A stretch of 64,000 nt of DNA, from assembly GCF_006345805.1 (NCBI RefSeq), contig NC_043005.1, forward strand, positions 97,464,001 to 97,528,000, given 5' to 3'. The DNA comes from Octopus sinensis. Its lineage: Eukaryota. The first letter of the stretch is position 1. Each line of letters opens with the position of its first letter. Shown one piece after another: positions 51,422 through 64,000 of this stretch. Made by a program: the position numbers and the translations under genes. Under the pieces are notes generated by a model that made no database searches, was not told the DNA's origin, and saw only the letters and a program-made list of their open reading frames with translations.

Positions 51422-51997
51422 ACACAAGCAGACATGACAGGCTTCTTTCAGTTTCCATCCATCAAATCCACTCACAAGGCTTTGGTCAGCCTCGGGTATA
51501 GTTGACTCTTGCCCTATGTTTGAAACAGTAGGACTGAACCTGGAATCATGTTTGGGAAGCAAACGTCTTAACATGCAGCCACACCTATGCCTCTGTGTGT
51601 GTATGTGCATAAATGTATATATATAAGTACATGTATAGGTATATATGTGTGTATATCTGTGTGTGTGTATATGCACACACCCACTTTCACATATACATGA
51701 TGGACTTTATTCAGTTTCCATCTATCAGTTTCACTTGCATGATATTTAACCTGGGACTTTTGTAGAAGATATTTGCTCAAGGTGGGATTGAACCTAAAAC
51801 CACATAGCTGTGGAGCAAATTTCTTAACCACACAGCCATACCTGCATCTGACATATTGAAAAATATTTTTACAATATAACTGTAACTGAAGTGACCCACA
51901 ACCAGTATGCTTACATTTATTGGCAACATGATCCTCCCAATATATTATAATATTATTGGCTTTAAGTAATTAATAATTTTTTCTTTTGATCTTTCAG

Positions 51998-52189
51998 CTT
52001 GAAAGCCTGGATTTAGATACGTCGTCAAAGTCTGAAATGACTGTGTCTTGTAGTTCAAGTCTAATAGCCAACTTCAAATTGGATGATGACTTTGATTCAG
52101 AAACTAGGGATTTATTTGTTATGGTTGATAATCCCGAGAAACACACAAGTACCTTGGAATCCTATATAACATTCCGGATTAACACTAAA
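51998..52189 (+). CDS. SNX30: SNX7/30 exon encoding the start of the PX domain (LESLDLD...[37 protein letters not shown])
   Basis: Acceptor ttttcttttgatctttcag|CTT, donor AAA|gtaaac; 192 nt, phase 0-0. Close match to human SNX30 [37 protein letters not shown] (recalled). Confidence 0.93.
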
Positions 52190-52234
52190 GTAAACATTTT
52201 CTTTTAATGATATTCATGATTTTCTCATACTTCC

Positions 52235-53200
52235 TAGCATTGCCAACATTATCATTGCTGTTATACAAACAATATCGTCATTGCTATCATGCCAACACTA
52301 TTGTCATTGCTATCATGCCAACACTATTGTCATTGCTATCATGCCAACGCTATCGTCATTGCTCTCATGTCAACGCTATCGTCATTGCTCTCATGTCAAC
52401 GCTATCGTCATTGCTCTCATGTCAACGCTATCGTCATTGCTCTCATGTCAACGCTATCGTCATTGCTCTCATGTCAACGCTATCGTCATTGCTCTCATGT
52501 CAACGCTATCGTCATTGCTCTCATGTCAATGCTATCAGCATTGCTCTCATGTCAACGCTATCAGCATTGCTCTCATGTCAACGCTATCGTCATTGCTATC
52601 GTGCCAGCATTATCATCATTGCTATCATGTCAACGCTATCATCATTGCTATCGTGCCAGCATTATCGTCATTGCTATCATGTCAACATTATCATCATTGC
52701 TATCATGTCAACGCTATCATCATTGCTATCATGTCAACGCTATCATCATTGCTATCGTGCCAGCATTATCATCATTGCTATCATGTCAACGCTATCGTCA
52801 TTGCTATCATGTCAACGCTATCGTCATTGCTATCGTGTCAACACTATCATCATTGCTATCATGTCAACACTATCATCATTGCTATCATGTCAACACTATC
52901 ATCATTGCTATCATGTCAACGCTATCATCATTGCTATCATGTCAACGCTATCATCATTGCTATCGTGCCAGCATTATCATCATTGCTATCATGTCAACGC
53001 TATCATCATTGCTATCATGTCAACGCTATCATCATTGCTATCATGTCAACGCTATCATCATTGCTATCATGTCAACGCTATCATCATTGCTATCATGTCA
53101 ACGCTATCATCATTGCTATCATGTCAACGCTATCATCATTGCTATCATGTCAACGCTATCATCATTGCTAAAATGACAACACTATTGTCATTGCTGTCAT
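52235..53200. repeat. 26-bp minisatellite (gctatcatgtcaacgctatcatcatt), roughly 35 copies
   Basis: Directly visible; variants gctctc/cgtcatt in the 5' block and gtgccagcatt interspersed; no plus-strand stops, hence three long spurious ORFs. Confidence 0.97.
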
Positions 53201-54489
53201 TGCCATCATCAGTATTGTACCAACATTATCATTATTATTGCCTGTGTTACCATAGATATCTTTGCCAATATAATGTTTCAGTATCATTGCCAACATCATC
53301 ACCCTCTCTCTTAAGATATCTAACATCCTCTCGTTATCATAATTGCCAATACATACTTTTTAATTATCTAGTGTCAAACAAAGATGCTCTGTCATCTTTA
53401 GACATTAATGGTGGTTTAGTAATATCTGGGTGAAGTTAATTCAAACTTCTAGAAGTTAGTGGTAGTGTAAATCAAACATGGTGGTTTGCAGAGTTTTTAA
53501 ATCTGGAGGAAAAGGATTAGGAATGTACAAGGAAGTTTAGGAATGAGAGAAATGATAGGTTCTATGGTAGGAAAGAGACTGGATCACCAAGTGATTTTTA
53601 AGTAGGAGTTAGACAAAAAAATAGAATTCAGATAAGCAGTAGTGGTACAAGAGAAAAACGGAGTGTACAAGTTATACAATAGATCTGAAAGTATAGAATA
53701 TTGGGGATTGAAGGTTTGTTTGAAGTTTGGCATGTGTAGTCTGCAATATATTACCTTTCAATGTGCTTCAATTTAAGGCGGCGAGCTGGCAGAATCATTA
53801 GCAGGCTGGGGAAAATGCTTAGTGGCATTTTGTTCGTCTACATTCTGAGTTCAAATACCTATTTCTTTACTACCCACAAGGAGCTAAACACAGAGGGGAC
53901 AAACAAGGACAGACAAACGGATTAAGTCGATTACATCAACCCCAGTGCGTAACTGGTACTTATTTAATCAACCCCGAAAGGATGAAAGGCAAAGTTGACC
54001 TCGGTGGAATTTGAACTCAGAACATAGCAGCAGACGAAATACCTATTTCTTTACTACCCACAAGGGGACAAACAGGACAGACAAACGGATTAAGTCGATT
54101 ACATTGACCCCAGTGCGTAACTGGTACTTATCGACCCCGAAAGGATGAAAGGCAAAGTCGACCTCGGTGGAATTTGAACTCAGAACATAACGGCAGACGA
54201 AATACGGCTATGCATTTCGCCTGGCATGCTAATGTTTCCGCCTGCTTGCCACCTTCTGAGTTCAAATACCTCTGAGGTCCATGATTGCCTTTCATCATTT
54301 CAGAGTCGATAAAATAAGTACCAGTTGGGCACTGGGGTCGGTGTAATTGACTTACTCCTTTCCCCAATTTGCTGGCCTTGTGCTGATATTTGAAACCAGT
54401 GTGCTTCAGTCGTGTATTGGTTCATCTGGGAACATTAACCTTTTGTCAAAAAAAAGAAAAAAGTTTGTCATCAGCCTACATATTCTTTA

Positions 54490-54750
54490 GGCTGGAACTT
54501 ATCCGGGTTTTTCAGTTATTTAAGCAACTGAGAAAACCAGATGGTTCTCTGAACAGAGTATGAGTCCATTGCAAGGTTAATCCCCCAGCTATTGGTGGCA
54601 CTCACTTTCAGCTGAAAGGACTGGACCAATGTGAAATAAAGTGTTTTTCACAAAAGTACATGTGCTGCTGCCAGGTCCAGAAATCAAACCCATATCCTTG
54701 CTATTGTGAATCTGACATCCTGACCACTAGACCATGTGGTTTCACATTTA
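54490..54750 (-). mobile_element. tRNA-derived SINE (family F); second copy at ~55800-56090
   Basis: Both contain ggactgga(c/g)caatgtgaaat(g/a)aagtgtttt and end, on the minus strand, in a tRNA-like head (gtggtctagtggtcagg / gtttagtggttcgg). Confidence 0.65.
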
Positions 54751-55172
54751 GCATACCCCCATGTATTCAACATATCATGACACTTTCAACATGTATCAGC
54801 CCATCATATAAACCCATGAGGTAGCAAATTGATAGAATATTCATGGAATCAGATTCAATGCCTTGCAGTACTTATTTCTACTCCTTGCATTCTGAGTTAA
54901 AATTCTGCTAAGGTTAACTTGGCCTTTCATCCTTTTTGGGTTGATAAAATATCAGTCCACTACTTGGGTAAAATTCTTCTCTCTCTTTCTTTCTGTATTT
55001 TATCCAAAATTCAAATGGCCAACTTTGTTTCATTGTGTCCCACTGATCCAGTCTAAAAATTGCATTAACACTATGGAATACTCAGCCAGTTATATGTAGA
55101 AATTCTTGTTGTTGAGACCAACATAGAATCCACCACCATTTTGGTAATTTCTCTATTCTCATGCACTTCATA

Positions 55173-55211
<39 letters not shown>

Positions 55212-56958
55212 CTTTCTCTTACAATATCTCATCTTTTCAAGTTTTCTCATCTTTGGTCTCTAATTTCTCAAAGCAACTTGACCAAATTTATCATAACGTT
55301 ATAAGACTGAATCATGTGCAGAGTGCTTGCCATACTTAACAAGATCAGACTCATTCTCTACTGCATGTCCATTTCCATAAATTATACAATTTGCATTTCA
55401 CTGTTCTTTCCCTTTCTTTAAAAGAATTGTCATTTAATCAGCATTTTAATTCATCTAAAATTATTTTAGGCTTGCTAGGTTAAGTATATCAGCCTGCTTT
55501 TAACAGTAAGTTCTGTAGGAAATATTCTAGTGTTATACAGCTGCATTCCAAAGGCTTTATCATCTTATAGAATGAAGAATACATGGTTTGTTTTGATTAA
55601 GTCTAATACCTTTGGAGATGATACCTAAGATGAAGACAATCATACAAGTTTGGAGAAAACATCTTAGAAATGATAAAAATGACTAAAACTGTATACTTTG
55701 GATGCATCCAGGGATCTAGCAATATGGATATACAAATATGTATACATTGATAATTTAGGGGTCAAGCTTCAACATTTGTTCATCAGTGTATGCATAACCT
55801 TCCCAGCTTTAGTAAAAGGCATAATGTAGGACTTTAGACACAGTTGCTATTTTCCATATACAGGTAGATCCTTTCTGAGTCCTACAGACTCTTAGGACCA
55901 GTTTTCTGGTTCCTGCAGTGCATATATTTTGGCCCTGGACAAGATGCTGGACCCTTGAAGGAGTACTCACTTTTGTCAGCTTAGTGGACTGGAGCAATGT
56001 GAAATGAAGTGTTTTGTATTGCCTGGTCCAGGAATTGCCCCCACAATCTTACTATCATGAGTGCCAACACCCGAACCACTAAACCATGCACCTCTACAAA
56101 ATACAGGTAGGGAATTTCATATTTAGTTGGTTCATAGAAAAAAGTGAAGGCAATACTTGGATACTTTCATGTGAGTTTTTCTTCATGTAAGGGAAGGTAA
56201 CATAAGTTGCTAGAAGAAAAGGAGTTGACCGCTATTTTAGACAAGGGAAAATTTAGAGAAAAAAATGTGAGAAGTTGCCCATATCAGCATAGGCATGGCT
56301 GTGTGTTAAGAATCTCGTTTTACAACCACATGGTTTCAGGTTCATTCCCACTGTGCGGTACCTGGGACATGTATCTTCTGTACCCCCAGGTTGACCAAAT
56401 CCTTGTAAGTGAATTTGATAGGCAGAAACTGTGTGGAAGCCCATCTTGTGTGTCTTTGTGTTTGTTTGTCATGCCTCATTGCTTGATAGCTGGTGTTGGT
56501 TTGCTTACATCCTTGTAACTTAGCAGTCTGGCAAAAGAGAATAATAGAACAAGTACCAGACTTTAAAAAAATAACAAAACAACTAATTACTAGGGTTTAT
56601 TTGTTTGAGTAAAGCCCTTTAAGGCAGTGCTCCAGAAAGGCGACAGTCCAATGACCGAAACAAGTAAAAGATGAGAATTAACAAAGAACCTGAGCAATGA
56701 AGCAAAATCTAGAGTGGAGGTTAAAGTGACCACAAACCACCTGTAGCAATGTTATTGGGCAGTGGGCAAAGCGCATGATTCTGGATGCTTCAGTTTAGTT
56801 TGAGAAGTTCAGTTTTCTCCGGGATGGTGGAGTTTCAAACAGGAATCACTGGAGTTCAAAGTTGCCAATATTTTTTGCCGAGATTCTCAATAGAATGAAA
56901 CAAGTTCTGTTACTTTCTTTTAGCAGCAAGTATGAGCTAGTAATGAATACCTTTCGAT

Positions 56959-57564
56959 CAGGGTTTCTCAACCATTTTTTATATCTATGGACCCCTTAGA
57001 TTGCTATTGTATACTGGCAGACCCCCACTTTTAAAATTCCTATTTTGTTTTCAACACATTGACTTTTGTAGGTTGAACTATTTTAAGCATCAGAGAAAGA
57101 AACCAAACCTTTTCTTGTAATATATACCAATACTCTTTTACTTGTTTCAGTCATTTGATTGTGGCCATGCTGGAGCACCGCCTTTAGTTGAGCAAATCGA
57201 CCCCCAGGACTTATTCTTTGGATGCCTAGTACTTATTCTATTGGTCCCTTTTGCCGAACTGCTAAGTTACGGGAACGTAAACACACCAGCATTAGTTATC
57301 GAGTGATGTTGGACACACACACACACACACACATATACACAAAGAGCTTCTTTCAGGTTCTGTTTACCAAATCCACTCACAAGGCTTTGGTCGGCCCGAG
57401 GCTCTAGTAGAAGACGCTTGCCCAAGGTGCCATGCAGTAGGACTGAACCTGGAACCATATGGTTGGTAAGCAAGCTACCTACCACATAGCCACTCATACG
57501 CCCACAAGGTGGATCCTCAATTTACTATTTTGTTGTGGACCGCCACCATGGTTGAGAAGCACTG
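56959..57564. mobile_element. hAT-type MITE with a nested family-B SINE
   Basis: TIRs cagggtttctcaacc / ggttgagaagcactg; 8-bp TSD ctttcgat / ctttagat (7/8); SINE at ~57130-57500 inside. Confidence 0.8.
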
Positions 57565-57814
57565 CTTTAGATGGACCACTGGAGCATGGTACACTAGGAT
57601 GGTGTTCTTTTTTCTTTTTTATAGTTTCTGTAGTATCAACAGGATAAGACACATTTCTTTCTGGAGGCTAGAATTGAAACACTCATCAACTTTACAGTGC
57701 TACCACTGCTTTATAGTGACAAGTGGTTCCTCCACTGACATATTGTTGTTCTTTATTCCACTGCCGTTTAGACATACATTTCCTTTAGCAGGATATGAGT
57801 CTCTCATCTCATTG

Positions 57815-58016
57815 CTCTTTCTCTCTCTTACTTTTCTCTATTTCCATTTCATCCTTTGTTTCCCGCTTTTTCCAAACTCTCCTCTCTCCCTTTCTCCCTT
57901 TCTCTCTCTCTCTCCCTCCCTCCAAGTCCTTTCTTTTCCTTTTTCCCTCTATTTTTCTGTCCCTCACACTTCTCTCCTTTAATCTATTTATTATTCTTTC
58001 CTGTTTTGTTTCTCAT

Positions 58017-58056
<40 letters not shown>

Positions 58057-58215
58057 TCTCTTCCCAGCTTTTGTTTATTTTTTTTCTCATTTTCTTACTC
58101 CCTCATCTCTTGTTTTTTCTTTCTCTTTTATTCTTTCTTTTACTCTCCCCTTTCTGTATCCACTCTCATCTCTCTTACCCCATACTCTCTCATCCTCTCG
58201 CACCCTACAGTCATT
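57815..58215. repeat. Pyrimidine-rich (CT/T) low-complexity tract
   Basis: Nearly all C/T on the plus strand with (CT)n runs; source of the Leu/Phe/Ser ORFs. Confidence 0.9.
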
Positions 58216-58693
58216 CTAACTGCTCATCACCTCTCAATAATCAATATAAGATATTTACAGAGAAAAGGAATTTCATTTAGTCTTATTTTTTTATCATTCT
58301 GTAAAAAAAAATTAAAAAAATTAACAACAAACATTTCAAGTTTCTTTTGATGTTTGATTACAAAATGTCCCTGATCACCTGACTTCCATCCTGTAAGCTG
58401 TGCTTAACAAACAGGGAGATACTCAAGAAGGAGGTCATTTTGCAGGCTTAAAGCCAACAGGATGGAAAAATCTGAATAATTTTAGACAAGAACATGTATA
58501 GATTTTTCTAGACAACTGTTAGTTGTTGTTGATGTTATGGTGTTTGTATTGTGTTGTTGGTGGTGTTGGGTGTTGGAGAATGGTGGTGCAAATTTTGTTG
58601 GCTTGTAAATCAGTGGAATCTGTAATAAATATTATAATATAGTTAATCAAATTCTGATGCCAAATCGATTGATTACCAAACAGATGCTTACTT

Positions 58694-58724
<31 letters not shown>

Positions 58725-58780
58725 ATGTATACTGTGTATTCATAGGTTTGTATATGATTGCGTGCATAAACATCCATTTG

Positions 58781-58813
<33 letters not shown>

Positions 58814-58863
58814 GTATATATGTATATAAACCATGCTAGCATGGAAAGTGGATGTTAAACAAT

Positions 58864-58900
<37 letters not shown>

Positions 58901-59090
58901 TCTTTTACTTGTTTGTCATTTGACTGTGGCCATGCTGGAGCACCACCTTTACGTCAAGCAAATCGACCCCAGGACTTATTCTTTGTAAGCCTAGTACTTA
59001 TTCTAGCAGTCTCTTTTGCCGAACTGCTATGTTACGAGGACGTAAACACACCAGCATTGGTTGTCAAGCGATGTTGGGGGGGGGGGACAA

Positions 59091-59121
<31 letters not shown>

Positions 59122-59456
59122 CGACGGGCTTCTTTCAGTTTCCGTCTACCAAATCCTCTCACAAGACTTTGGTTGGCCTGAAGCTATAGTAGAAGACACT
59201 TGCCTAAGGTGCCACACAGTGGGACTGAACCCAGAACTATGTGGTTGGTAAGCAAGCTACTTACCACACAACCACTCCTCCTTTATATAATGATGTATGT
59301 ACAGGCATAGTTATGTGGTAAGAAGCTTGCTTCGCAACCACCTGGTTCTGGGCTCAGTTCCACTGAACACCTCAGGCAAGTGTCTTCTAAAGTTTCAGGC
59401 TGACCAAAGCCTTGTGAATGGATTTGTTAGACTGAAACAGAAGCCCATTGTGTGTG

Positions 59457-59498
<42 letters not shown>

Positions 59499-60291
59499 GA
59501 GTGCATTGTGTTACATAAATAACATTTCAAGGATTTCTATAAAAATATAACACCCAGAAAATTTAACAAAAAGGAAAATTTGACAAAACCATAACGCATG
59601 GAAAATTTGTAGATAATTCTTCATCAGTCAATGCCCAAGACATCATAATAGTTTTGCGCCATTATCGTTGTGTGTGTGTGTGTGTGTGTGTGCACACACA
59701 CACACACACACACATATACATATACATGTATGTATATCTATGTATCAGTTAGGGTAGTCATGTATCTCCTCTATTTCAAGACTCCTTTCTCTGTCTCAAC
59801 TAGTCATCAACTGGTACAAAGTCACCTCCTTGGTGACCTCACTGGTGCTGGTACCACATGGAAAGTATCCAATAAACTCTATAAAGTGATTGGCATTAGG
59901 AACGACGTCCTTAACAAAGCAGACAGTCGAGTGTAGTGCCGTTGTCTGGCTTGCTAGCTCCTATCAAATCATTCAACCCATGCCAGCACAGAAAGTGGAC
60001 ATTAATTGATGCTGTGTTTGTGAGTGCGTGTATGTTTGTGTCTCCAGCCTCTCGTAATTTCATTGAGTTTCTGGACTGAACACTTAATTCTACATGACCT
60101 TAGTTAATTTGTTGTTAAGCTCTATATCTATGAGCTAAGGCATTCCAGTCATAGTCATCTCAGGGAATCAAGAACCAAATGAAATGAATTTTTTGTTCTT
60201 TAAGATGGTAGCGTATGAGTTGAGGGAGGTTTAGATGCTCTTTGTTACAGGTCAAGCAACTGCGTAGCAGCCATCTCTTCGGTTTGAGTTC

Positions 60292-61436
60292 CATCAGGCT
60301 GAGTTAAAACTCAACAACATTTTGAACCATGAAGAATTTGCAGTTTTTAATTTTTTTAAACATCTTTTTGCAATTGTCTGATGATGTATAGACTTTGCTA
60401 TTCAACTTCAGAAAAGGATGTAAAGCAGCTGAAACTGCTCGCAATATCAGTGAAACATTTGAGGAAATGACCAGTGAGTGGTCAGCTCAAAAATGGTTTC
60501 AACGATTTCGCAGTAGAGACCTCAATCTTGAAGATTGGGAACATAGTGGATGCCCATCTGTCATTGATAATGTTCCATTAAAGACCATTATTGAGAAAAA
60601 TCCACATAAAACCTCTCGAGAACTGGCAAAATAACTTCAAGTTAGCCAGAAAACTGCTTGCAACCATTTGATCAGAAAATCAAAGAAGCTTGACAAATGG
60701 TTTGAATGAAAATCAAAAAATGTGCAGTTGTAAAATTTGCTCGTTGCTTCTTCTCCATAACCAGACTGATCCATTTCTCGACCATATTCTAACTTGCAAT
60801 GAAAAGTGGATTCTGTACACTAATAAAAATGGTTCTTCAGTGGTTGGACCAAAATGAAGCACCAAAAACCTTCCCTAAACCTAAGCTCTTCAAAAAGAAG
60901 GTTATGATGACTGTTTAGTGGTTTACTGGACTCATCCACTATAACTTAAACCTGGAAAAACCGTCACTGCAGAAACATATTGTCATGAAATTGCCAAAAT
61001 GAATGAAAAAATGCTACTCCTCCATCCCAGACTGGTAAACAGAAGCAAGCCGATCATTCTTCATGACAATGCTCAACAACACGTTTCACTAATGACTCTC
61101 CAGAAGTTGAGGGAATTTGACCACGAGGTTCTGCCCCACCCAGCTTATTTCCCAGACCTTTCTCCTACCAACTACCACATTTTCAAGCACCTTGATGGTT
61201 TCCTGCGAGAGAAGGAGTTCAGAAATCAAACCAGTGCTGAGAGTGTGTTCAAAGTGTTCATCCGCTCCAGAACTCCGGATATTTATGTTACTGGAATGAA
61301 CAAACCTGTAACTCGTTGGCAAAATGTGTTGACTGTAGTAGTACTTATTTTGATGATTAATATTTCTGCTTTGTTGAAATATATTGCGATGAATTTCATG
61401 TTTCAAAACATTGCTTACTTTTTACTCAGCTTGATA
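60292..61436 (+). mobile_element. Degraded mariner (Hsmar1/SETMAR-like, cecropia-type) with residual TIRs
   Basis: KAAETARNI, QKWFQRFRS, NEKWILY, KKVMMTV, LHDNAQQH, HPAYFPDLSPTNYHIFKHL, RWQ; catcaggctgagttaaaact.. (60292) vs reverse complement tatcaagctgagtaaaaagt.. (61436). Confidence 0.88.
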
Positions 61437-61689
61437 GTCATTTGGAATGGCTTATCAGATCAGTCTGAGAATGCTACTTGTGATAAAGTAAGGTCCCATC
61501 CAACAGAAAATTTATTTCATCTGCTTCATTTTATGAACCTTCAGGAGATCATCATCATTGTCCTCTTTCCATGCTGGCATGGGTTGGAGGGTTTGACAAG
61601 GAGCTGGATAGCAGGGAGCTGTCTAGGCTCCGTCTGTTGTGGCATGGTTTCTCTGGCTGGATGCCCTTCCTAATGCCAGCCACTTAACA

Positions 61690-61880
61690 TCTTGTATGTG
61701 TGGAAGACAGCGATTTTATTTAGCTTGATATATGTCTTAACAAGTACAGCAAAGTGCCACATCTCCAGGTCCTTTGTCATTTCCTCAGTGAGGCCCAGCA
61801 TCCGAAAATCCTTTCTCACCATTTTGTCCCACATTTTCCTGGGTCTTCCCCTTCCACAGGTATCCTCCACAATTAGAGCT
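61690..61880 (-). mobile_element. 3' end of an RTE LINE
   Basis: EDTCGRGRPRKMWDKMVRKDFRMLGLTEEMTKD; a similar plus-strand relic lies at ~38140-38395. Confidence 0.8.
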
Positions 61881-63469
61881 TCGTAAATTGGTACAGCCAT
61901 GGCTGTTAAGATTCTTGCATTGCAACCACACAGTTTCAGGTTTAGTCCTACAATGCTAACCAATGTTGGGCAAGTGTCTCTTACTATTGCTCCTAGCTAA
62001 CCAACACTCCATGAGTGAATTTACTGGACAGAGTCTGCACGGAAGCCCATCATGTGTGTGTATGAATAATGTGACTGTGTTTGTGCTTTTCCCCACCCCA
62101 CTTCCTGTTTGATAACTGGTGTTGGTTTGGTTACATCCTTGATAGAGCAAATATCAGACACTAAAAATAAGTACTGAGGTTGATTTGTTTGATTAAACCC
62201 TTCAGGGTAGTTCATTAGCATGGCCGCAGTCCAATGAATGAAACGAGTGAACGGTAAGATAAAGTGTTACGGGTATTAAAGGTTGCTGTGGTGTGACTTT
62301 ACCCGACACTTTAATAGCAGCAGAATTTTCCAACATAGATTCATGTTTATTGTCTCCCTCTAAGAGGCACTGTCGATGAGATGTCATGGTGTTCATCCCT
62401 TGTTTGGTATTAAGTCATTGAGAGAAAACAGTCTTTTCTCTGTAGGAATGCCTGTTCATCGCAAATTTTAAGATTTTCAATACTTTGCAGTTCTACCGTG
62501 CTCCTGCTTTCTGCTTACAAGAGGGCAGTGCTGTGCCTTACCATTGTATCAGGTCATAGTTCAGTGAAGCGAGTGATTGATCGTTAAGAATGAATGCTGA
62601 AGACACCCACTGTTTATATATTATTAGTACTAATATACTGTAGACTGGTGATAGTAAGTTGTTAATCCGGCTTGTGACACTCTCTTTGCATCACTGATAA
62701 GAGATAGGTATCCAAACCCTTAGTATTTAGAGTGAGTGGTTATTTGTGTGTAGTGAGAGATAGATAAGTCATGTATCAAACTGGTTATATATACTGACAA
62801 TAATTTTATATATTTGAGATATAAACTATCATCTTGTGTCTTGATAAAGTCTGATTGCTGTCAGTACAGATCTTTGTTTGGTATTGATTTGCATAACTGC
62901 AGTTTAGTTGTTTGTTGCGTACCCCATTATCAGCTGCTTATCAGTTGATCATTTCTTGCAAACTGGGTATTCTATTGCTAATCTTGTGCTCAGTTGATCA
63001 TTGTCTTGTGTCAATAATCACATTGTTAAATGAGTCATATTAGCAGTACTGTTAATGACTTTTAAATGTGTAGCTCAATGTTGTTGGCCTTGCATCCAAC
63101 TTCACGTCTGACATGATTCTTAAGCCTATATCAGGTCTGATTGGGCAGAATGATCAGATGTTCCAACTATGGCTAGATTTTTTTCTTTCTTTCACACATG
63201 GTCTATCTGATATGGAAATTTGAGTGCTATTTCTAGCTGATCAGATTACTGTGTAATGGCATCCTCATTGACTCAATATGATTAGAATGTATTTATTTTG
63301 TGACCCTGTATTTCACCTCTCTTGATTGACTTTTTGTTTTTAATATTGATTTTGATATATGGAAGTACTGCAAGGACAGTAATAGAGATAGGAAGGATCT
63401 TGGCAGGGTTTCCTTATTTTTTTATTTGTTGTTTTGTTTTATAAGAAGCAGTTGTGTTCATGGCCTTCA

Positions 63470-63720
63470 TAGGCTTTTGAGATTGGTGAGAGTGATGCAG
63501 CTGACACTGTTCTTCTCGAGTAACTGATTGGTGCATGAAAACATGGACAGAGAGGAAGGTAGATAATTCCAGAAGGATGACATCCTGAAGAGGAAGGACT
63601 GGGTAGAGTAATTAGTACAAAGCTTGAGATAAGATAGTGAGCACAACATAGGTGACAAGTAAGCTGGATGGTTCTGTGTGAAGGTGGTATGAGATCATAG
63701 TAGAAGAGGCAGTGAAGAAT
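63470..63720 (-). mobile_element. Old CR1/L2-group LINE 3' fragment
   Basis: TNYSTQSFLFRMSSFWNYLP resembles the SFF.R...WN.LP C-terminal motif. Confidence 0.5.
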
Positions 63721-64000
63721 GTGGGCCAGAGTTTGAGTAGCCTTTTTTTTTTTTTTTAGATTACATTTAATTTATGTTTATCCGGAGAGTGAGACACTTC
63801 AAATTCTGATTGAAGTAATTTCCTTTTAATTTCTGTACTTTTCTTGAATACAATATTTATAGACAATGGAATTGCAGAATCGGTAGAGCATCGGATACCT
63901 ACAGTATTTAGTTATGGTTTCATGTGGCATTTGCATTCTTCATTTTGGCTTTGTGCATTCTGGTTCCAGTTCCTGTTATGGTCAGCTTTGGCTTTTCTTT

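Noticed and set aside
52207-53433. 408-aa, 296-aa and 295-aa plus-strand ORFs
   Set aside because: Products of the 26-bp minisatellite, open in all three frames, with no splice or homology support.
57509-58350. Hydrophobic Leu/Phe/Ser ORFs that look like membrane proteins (also 14850-15371, 23069-23457)
   Set aside because: Translations of pyrimidine-rich low-complexity tracts.

Overview
AT-rich, microsatellite- and retroposon-dense animal genomic DNA. Its repeat content (tRNA-headed CORE-like SINEs, RTE and CR1 LINEs, mariners) points to an octopus/coleoid cephalopod; this is an inference. Two intron-rich genes lie head-to-head with start codons only ~350 bp apart across a CCAAT-box-rich spacer. 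On the minus strand is INIP/SOSS-C: four coding exons in consistent phase at 32655-32631, 20454-20313, 15812-15614 and 10012-9965; the last exon was not found and probably lies left of the window. On the plus strand is a SNX7/SNX30-type sorting nexin: exons 33002-33124, a probable exon from 51295, and 51998-52189; the rest lies right of the window. Everything else is intron filled with mobile-element relics. These include a three-level nest (piggyBac-like MITE > Ty3/gypsy LTR element > mariner), CR1 and RTE LINE pieces (the RTE family carries a PHD-like finger), a non-autonomous Helitron, hAT MITEs, a ~140-bp-arm fold-back palindrome, a 26-bp minisatellite, and short repeats that fold into minimal hammerhead ribozymes. 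Most ORFs in the supplied track are artefacts of repeats. No CRISPR, rRNA or genuine tRNA genes were seen. Family names and comparisons to human genes rest on recalled sequence knowledge, not on searches.
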